Origin: Candidatus Rokuibacteriota bacterium
Lineage (GTDB): Bacteria > Methylomirabilota > Methylomirabilia > Rokubacteriales > CSP1-6
DNA length: 14,830 nucleotides
NCBI GenBank assembly: GCA_016184305.1
Contig: JACPCX010000083.1
Span: forward strand, 1 to 14,830
Direction: 5' to 3'
The position numbers and the translations under genes were made by a program. How positions within the stretch are numbered: position 1 is the first letter of the stretch; the number at the start of each line of letters is the position of its first letter. Shown one piece after another: positions 10,810 through 14,830 of the stretch. The notes below the pieces were generated by a model. The model saw only the letters and a list, made by a program, of their open reading frames with translations. It made no database searches and had not been told where the DNA came from.

Positions 10810-10833
10810 GGCGCTCAGCGGCATGGTGCCGGC

Positions 10834-11526
10834 TCAGAACAGCGACAGGATGGCGCGGCGGCGGAGCCTCAGGATCGAGTCGGTAGGGGAGATGTCCATG
10901 GGGCAGACCTCCGTGCAGTTGGCCTGCCCGTGACAGCGCGCGAGGGCGTCCTCGGAGAGGAGCAGGGCCGAACGGTCGCCGTGGCCTGCGTCACGGCTGT
11001 CCATCTGGAGCGTGAACACGCGATTGAGCGCGGCAGGCCCCGGGAAGCGCTCGTCGTGGGCCACCATGGTGCAACCCGACACGCACATGCCGCAGCCGAT
11101 GCACTCGACGGCCGCGTCCACCCGGCGGCGCTCGGCGGTGTCCCGACCCACGGCAGCGAAGACCGAGGGACCGCCGGCCGGCACGAAGGTCGCCCCGGCG
11201 GCCAGCATCTTCCGCCCGAAGGGTGCCATGTCCACGACGAGGTCCCGGATCAACGGGAAATGGTAGAGCGGGCGCACGGTGACGGTCCCCCGCGGCAGAC
11301 GCGCGAGCAGCGTGCGGCAGGCCCAGCGCTCGCGCCCGGCGATGACCATGGCGCAGGAGCCGCACATGCCGACGCGGCAGGCGTATCGGAAGGCGAGCGT
11401 CGCGTCGCTGCCGCGCTGGATCTCCACGAGGGCGTCGAGCACCGTCATGCCCGCGCGCGCCGTCACCGGGTAGTCCTGCGCCCGCTCCTCGCTTCCCGGC
11501 GACCACCGGAAGACCCTCAGGACCAT
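10834..11526 (-). CDS. SDH/FRD-family iron-sulfur subunit of the second complex
   Basis: 230 aa from the ATG at 11526 (MVLRVFRW). CRVGMCGSC..C, IRDLVVD, CIGCGMCVSGC, GPA and CHGQANCTEVCP. It overlaps the upstream membrane gene by 10 bp. Confidence 0.92.
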   Translation of the reverse strand: MVLRVFRWSPGSEERAQDYPVTARAGMTVLDALVEIQRGSDATLAFRYACRVGMCGSCAMVIAGRERWACRTLLARLPRGTVTVRPLYHFPLIRDLVVDMAPFGRKMLAAGATFVPAGGPSVFAAVGRDTAERRRVDAAVECIGCGMCVSGCTMVAHDERFPGPAALNRVFTLQMDSRDAGHGDRSALLLSEDALARCHGQANCTEVCPMDISPTDSILRLRRRAILSLF

Positions 11527-11840
11527 CGCCAGCCCCAGACGATGGCGAAGAGCAGAAGCCCCACGCCGATCGCGCCGGCGAAGAGCGCTCGGTGCCAGCG
11601 GACAGGCAGGCCGAAGTCCAGGAGGATGGCGCGCACCCCCAGGAGCCCGTGGAGAAGGACGAGGGCCAAGAGGGTCGCCTGGACGGGACGCACGAAGGGA
11701 TTCCGCAGGTGGAAGACGATCGCGACCACGAGTCCCACCGCCGCGGCCCGCTGGAGCAGCCACGCCCACATGCCGGCCTTGGTGTCGCGCCACCCTTCGC
11801 GCGTCACCCATGCGCGCCGGAGCACCCGCGGCCCACTCAT
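11517..11840 (-). CDS. Small SdhC/SdhD-like membrane anchor (cytochrome b-type) of the second complex
   Basis: 107 aa, about three hydrophobic segments. WAWLLQR..A and HGLLGVRAILLD fit the SdhC/D HxxxGxRxxxxD pattern. A second His lies in VFHL. Confidence 0.8.
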   Translation of the reverse strand: MSGPRVLRRAWVTREGWRDTKAGMWAWLLQRAAAVGLVVAIVFHLRNPFVRPVQATLLALVLLHGLLGVRAILLDFGLPVRWHRALFAGAIGVGLLLFAIVWGWRWS

Positions 11841-11851
11841 GGTCGGCGGCG

Positions 11852-11860
11852 AGTATAGCA
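11852..11860 (-). promoter_or_regulatory. Putative extended -10 element giving a near-leaderless transcript for the anchor and Fe-S genes
   Basis: TGC-TATACT lies 11 nt upstream of the ATG at 11840. No SD and no clear -35. Confidence 0.45.
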
Positions 11861-11952
11861 TCGCCGCGGCCGCCGGCCGCGGCCGGCGCTCCGGACCATA
11901 TGCACTGCTACTTGTCGTTTAGTCAGACTATATGCAAAGTACGCCTACATGA

Positions 11953-12357
11953 ATGGTGCACAGCCACCTGCGCGCTCTCGAGACCACCCATGCGGTCACC
12001 CTCGTGCGCCCCTTCCACGGCGGAGGGCAGAAGGAAGTGGTCAAGATGCCCAGGTGCTACGGCTTCGACACGGGGTTCGTGAGCTTCGCGCGGGGCTGGG
12101 ACCCGCTGCGCCCGGAAGACCTCGGGGTGCTCTGGGACCACGTGGTCCTCGAGACGCTGCTCGCGCGGCTCCCGACGGAGCGGATCTGCTACGGGCGCGA
12201 CAAGGGGGGCCGCGAGGTCGACTTCGTGATCCCGCGCGGCCGCGACCGCGTGGACGCCATCGAGCGCAAGTGGAATCCGGCCCACTTCGACCCCACGGCG
12301 ATGACGGTGTTCAGCCGCTACTACCCCAACGCAGGACTCGCCGCCTGGGGTCGGTAA
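11953..12357 (+). pseudogene. C-terminal remnant of an AAA_14/DUF4143-type ATP-binding protein
   Basis: KMPRCYGFDTG, G.LWDHVV, YGRDKGGREVDFVI..AIERKW resemble the DUF4143 nuclease-like domain (YWR...EVDF...AIExK). The N-terminal ATPase domain is absent and the 3' end runs into the flavoprotein gene antisense. Confidence 0.75.
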
Positions 12358-14033
12358 CGGGTGAGCCGCACGGGCTCGGTCCAGACGCGAGGGGCGGCCC
12401 CGTCCTCGGCCTGGACGTGCACGTTGACGAGCGCCGCCGAGGGCTCGGGGTGATCGGCGCGGAAGTGCGAGCCGCGGCTCTCCGCCCGCTCCAGCGCGCT
12501 CCGGGCGATGAGCCAGCCCACCTGCGCCTGGTGCCGGAGGTTCAGCCAGTCCTGCCAGGCGAGGTTGAAGGCGGCTCCGCCGGGGACGCCGGCGCGCTCG
12601 GCGCGGGCGGCGATGTCCTCGATGTCGGCGAGCGCCACCTGGAGCCCCGCTCCGGACCGGATCAGCCCCACGCGGTCCCACATGACGCTGCGGAGCCGCG
12701 ACTGGAGCGTGTAGAGGCTCTCCTCCCCGCCCCGGCCGAGCGGTGCCGTGACCGAGGCACCCTGCTCCTCGACGGCCGCCGCGGAGAGCTCCGGCAGCGG
12801 CCGGCCGACCACCCACTCCGCCATGCGGTCTCCCGCGATCCCACCGAAGACCGTGGAGTCGGCCACGCCATTGCCGCCCAGGCGATTGGCCCCGTGGATG
12901 CCGCCCGCGTCCTCGCCGGCCGCGAAGAGCCCTTCCACCGGCGTGCGGCAGGCCGTGTCGATCACCAACCCGCCCATCGTGAAATGCGCCGTCGGCCCCA
13001 CCTCCACGGGCTCACGGGCCAGGTCCCGGCCGAAGTCGCGGCAGCGCTTGACCATCCCGCGGAAGTTCCGCTCGACGACGTCCGCCCCGAGGTGCGAGAC
13101 ATCGATCCACACCCCACCGTTGGGCGTCCCCCGCCCCTGCGTCACCTCGGTGAAGGCGGCGCGCGCCACGAGGTCCCGGGTGGAGCGCTCCATCCGCTCC
13201 GGGTCGTAGCGCGCCATGAACCGCTCGCCCGGGCCGTTGAGGAGCCGCCCGCCGGCGCCCCGCAGACCTTCTTCCAGGAGCGCGCCGGTCATGAGCGAGT
13301 TCGGCACGATGAGGCCGGTCGGGTGGAACTGGATCATCTCCATGTCCTTGAGCGGCGCCCCCGCCCGTAGCGCCAGCGCCAGCCCGTCGGCAGCCTTGTC
13401 CGCCGAGCACGCGAAGACGCGGTACATGGTGGGCCCGCCGCCCATGGCCGAGAGCGTCGCGCGGCTCCGCACGGCAACGAAGTCGCCGCTCCGGATGCCG
13501 AGGAGCAGCGCGCCGCCCACCCGCCCCGCCTCGTCGCGCAGCAGCGCCACCCCCCGGTGCTCCTCCAGCACCCGGATCGAGGGCCGGACCCACACCTGCT
13601 CGGTCAGCCGGTTCATGATCTCGATGCCGGTGAGATCGCCCTTGTGGATGGTGCGGTCGTGGGTCTGGCCGGCAAAGGGCTTCTGGTGGAGGCGGCCGTC
13701 GGGGTGCCGGTCGAAGAAGCAACCGTAGCGCGCTTCCATCTCGAGGACGCGGCGCGGCGCCTCGGTGACGAGCGTCCAGACGAGCTCCTGGTCGTTGATC
13801 CAGCCGCCACCCTGGAGGGTGTCGAGGCAGTGCGCCTCCAGCGAGTCGGGCTCGGCGAGGACCGCGTTGTAGCCGCCCTGGACCATGCGCGTGCATCCGG
13901 CGCGGCCCAGGAGCCCCTTGACGGCGACGGTGACCGAGAGCCGGGGCGAGCGGTCGGCCGCGTGCAACGCGGCGCAGAGGCCGGCGCCGCCGGCGCCGAG
14001 CACGAGGATGTCGGTCTCGATGGTCTGGATCAC
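12321..14033 (-). CDS. Divergent SdhA/FrdA/NadB-family FAD-dependent oxidoreductase flavoprotein
   Basis: 570 aa from the GTG at 14033 (similarity begins at [14 protein letters not shown]). [40 protein letters not shown] and ESRGSH. Confidence 0.92.
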   Translation of the reverse strand: MIQTIETDILVLGAGGAGLCAALHAADRSPRLSVTVAVKGLLGRAGCTRMVQGGYNAVLAEPDSLEAHCLDTLQGGGWINDQELVWTLVTEAPRRVLEMEARYGCFFDRHPDGRLHQKPFAGQTHDRTIHKGDLTGIEIMNRLTEQVWVRPSIRVLEEHRGVALLRDEAGRVGGALLLGIRSGDFVAVRSRATLSAMGGGPTMYRVFACSADKAADGLALALRAGAPLKDMEMIQFHPTGLIVPNSLMTGALLEEGLRGAGGRLLNGPGERFMARYDPERMERSTRDLVARAAFTEVTQGRGTPNGGVWIDVSHLGADVVERNFRGMVKRCRDFGRDLAREPVEVGPTAHFTMGGLVIDTACRTPVEGLFAAGEDAGGIHGANRLGGNGVADSTVFGGIAGDRMAEWVVGRPLPELSAAAVEEQGASVTAPLGRGGEESLYTLQSRLRSVMWDRVGLIRSGAGLQVALADIEDIAARAERAGVPGGAAFNLAWQDWLNLRHQAQVGWLIARSALERAESRGSHFRADHPEPSAALVNVHVQAEDGAAPRVWTEPVRLTRYRPQAASPALG

Positions 14034-14096
14034 GAAGCCCGCCGCGGTCGAGAGACGCGCGCCCGGGTCGAGCCCGCGCCCGACCGGCGCGGCACG

Positions 14097-14125
14097 ACTA
14101 TAGCGCCTGGCGGGGGCCGGCGCAA
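14097..14125 (-). promoter_or_regulatory. Putative sigma70-type promoter for the second flavoprotein
   Basis: TTGCGC (14120-14125), 17 nt, then TATAGT (14097-14102), in otherwise very GC-rich DNA. Confidence 0.55.
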
Positions 14126-14235
14126 TCCGCGGCGGGCGCCGGGGCACGGCGCTTCGATTGGTGCAGGCGGGCGAACCGGGTCCAGTCGGCCATGGGCCCC
14201 GCTTCGCTCATGCGCCAGTGCTTCACGCGGGACGG

Positions 14236-14391
14236 CTACGGAAGGTCGCGGAAGAGGCGCGTCGCCTCGGCCCGGAAGAAGGCCTTGACCTCGTCCCATG
14301 GCAGAACCTCCAGGACATCGGGCATGGCCTCGGCCTCCGCATCCTCGAAGTAGGTCAGGCTCCGGAGCAAGTGATACGGGTCCACCGTGCC
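14236..14391 (-). pseudogene. C-terminal remnant of an AbiEii-like nucleotidyltransferase
   Basis: Manual translation gives GTVDPYHLLRSLTYFEDAEAEAMPDVLEVLPWDEVKAFFRAEATRLFRDLP*, matching the SLTYFxDAE..MP..W..VK.FF tail of this family. There is an in-frame TAG at 14419-14421. Not in the ORF track. Confidence 0.7.
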
Positions 14392-14450
14392 GATCCGGCT
14401 CGGGAGTTCCAGAAGGCTCTATTGCGGCTCAGTGAGGATTTCTCGAAACA

Positions 14451-14621
14451 CGCCTCGCCCGCCTCGGGGCCACCGTCGCGCAACGCCAGCCGCGCCTGCT
14501 CATCCTCGACCCGCTCATTCGCCTGCACCGTGCCGACGAGAACTCCGCCCCGGAGATGGCCGGCATCCTTGACGGCCTCCGGGCGCTCGCGCGTGCCACC
14601 GACTGCGCCGTCCTGCTCGTC
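14451..14621 (+). pseudogene. Internal remnant of an AAA_25/RepA-like (RecA-fold) ATPase
   Basis: Manual translation gives RLARLGATVAQRQPRLLILDPLIRLHRADENSAPEMAGILDGLRALARATDCAVLLV: Walker B LLILDP, DEN and a truncated AVLLVHH motif. Bounded by in-frame TGA at 14433 and 14646, with no Walker A. Confidence 0.7.
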
Positions 14622-14684
14622 CAGCCCTTTCGAGGGGCGCGGCATTGAATTGGAGGCAGATCGCTCAGGGATACGCGCTACCGC

Positions 14685-14830
14685 ATCGTCGGAACGCTGG
14701 ATTTGGTCAATGCCTTCTACCAGGGGACGCGGCTCGATGTGGGTCTTCACCTGGGCTCGGCCTGGTACATCCCGACATTCGTCGTCCCCGCCCTGTTCGT
14801 CACCCACTTCATGATCTTCGTCTTGCTCGT
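14685..14830 (+). pseudogene. C-terminal remnant of an uncharacterised membrane protein, running off the window
   Basis: Manual translation gives IVGTLDLVNAFYQGTRLDVGLHLGSAWYIPTFVVPALFVTHFMIFVLL, which is hydrophobic and codon-like. An in-frame stop lies 36 nt upstream, so the N-terminus is missing. Confidence 0.55.

Noticed and set aside
14034..14095. Long hairpin in the flavoprotein leader
   Set aside because: Pairing is imperfect and expected by chance in sequence this GC-rich.
14392..14450. IS terminal inverted repeat (TAGAGCCTTCTGGAA or GAGGATTTCTCGAAA)
   Set aside because: The resemblance to IS ends is superficial. There is no partner repeat, target duplication or transposase in the window.

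Overview
GC-rich bacterial window. The repeat style and gene set suggest Candidatus Rokubacteria/Methylomirabilota, which is inference only. Positions 114-10662 hold a tightly coupled minus-strand TCA operon: acn, icd, mdh, fumA/fumB (split class I fumarase), an actinobacterial Sdh1-type succinate dehydrogenase (membrane anchor, sdhA, sdhB) and sucC. Upstream lies a second, divergent SDH/FRD-family module (flavoprotein, small membrane anchor, Fe-S subunit). Its flavoprotein lacks the FAD-binding His and has a Thr-to-Glu change at the dicarboxylate site. Features not explained by these genes: (i) two-copy intergenic repeats with periods of 60 and 66 nt, one forming a 43-codon mini-ORF that overlaps sdhB and sucC by ATGA at both ends; (ii) a multi-hairpin RNA-like leader with compensatory changes before icd; (iii) an aconitase apparently missing its conserved C-terminal segment; (iv) remnants of four unrelated accessory genes, three of them packed end to end at 14236-14830.
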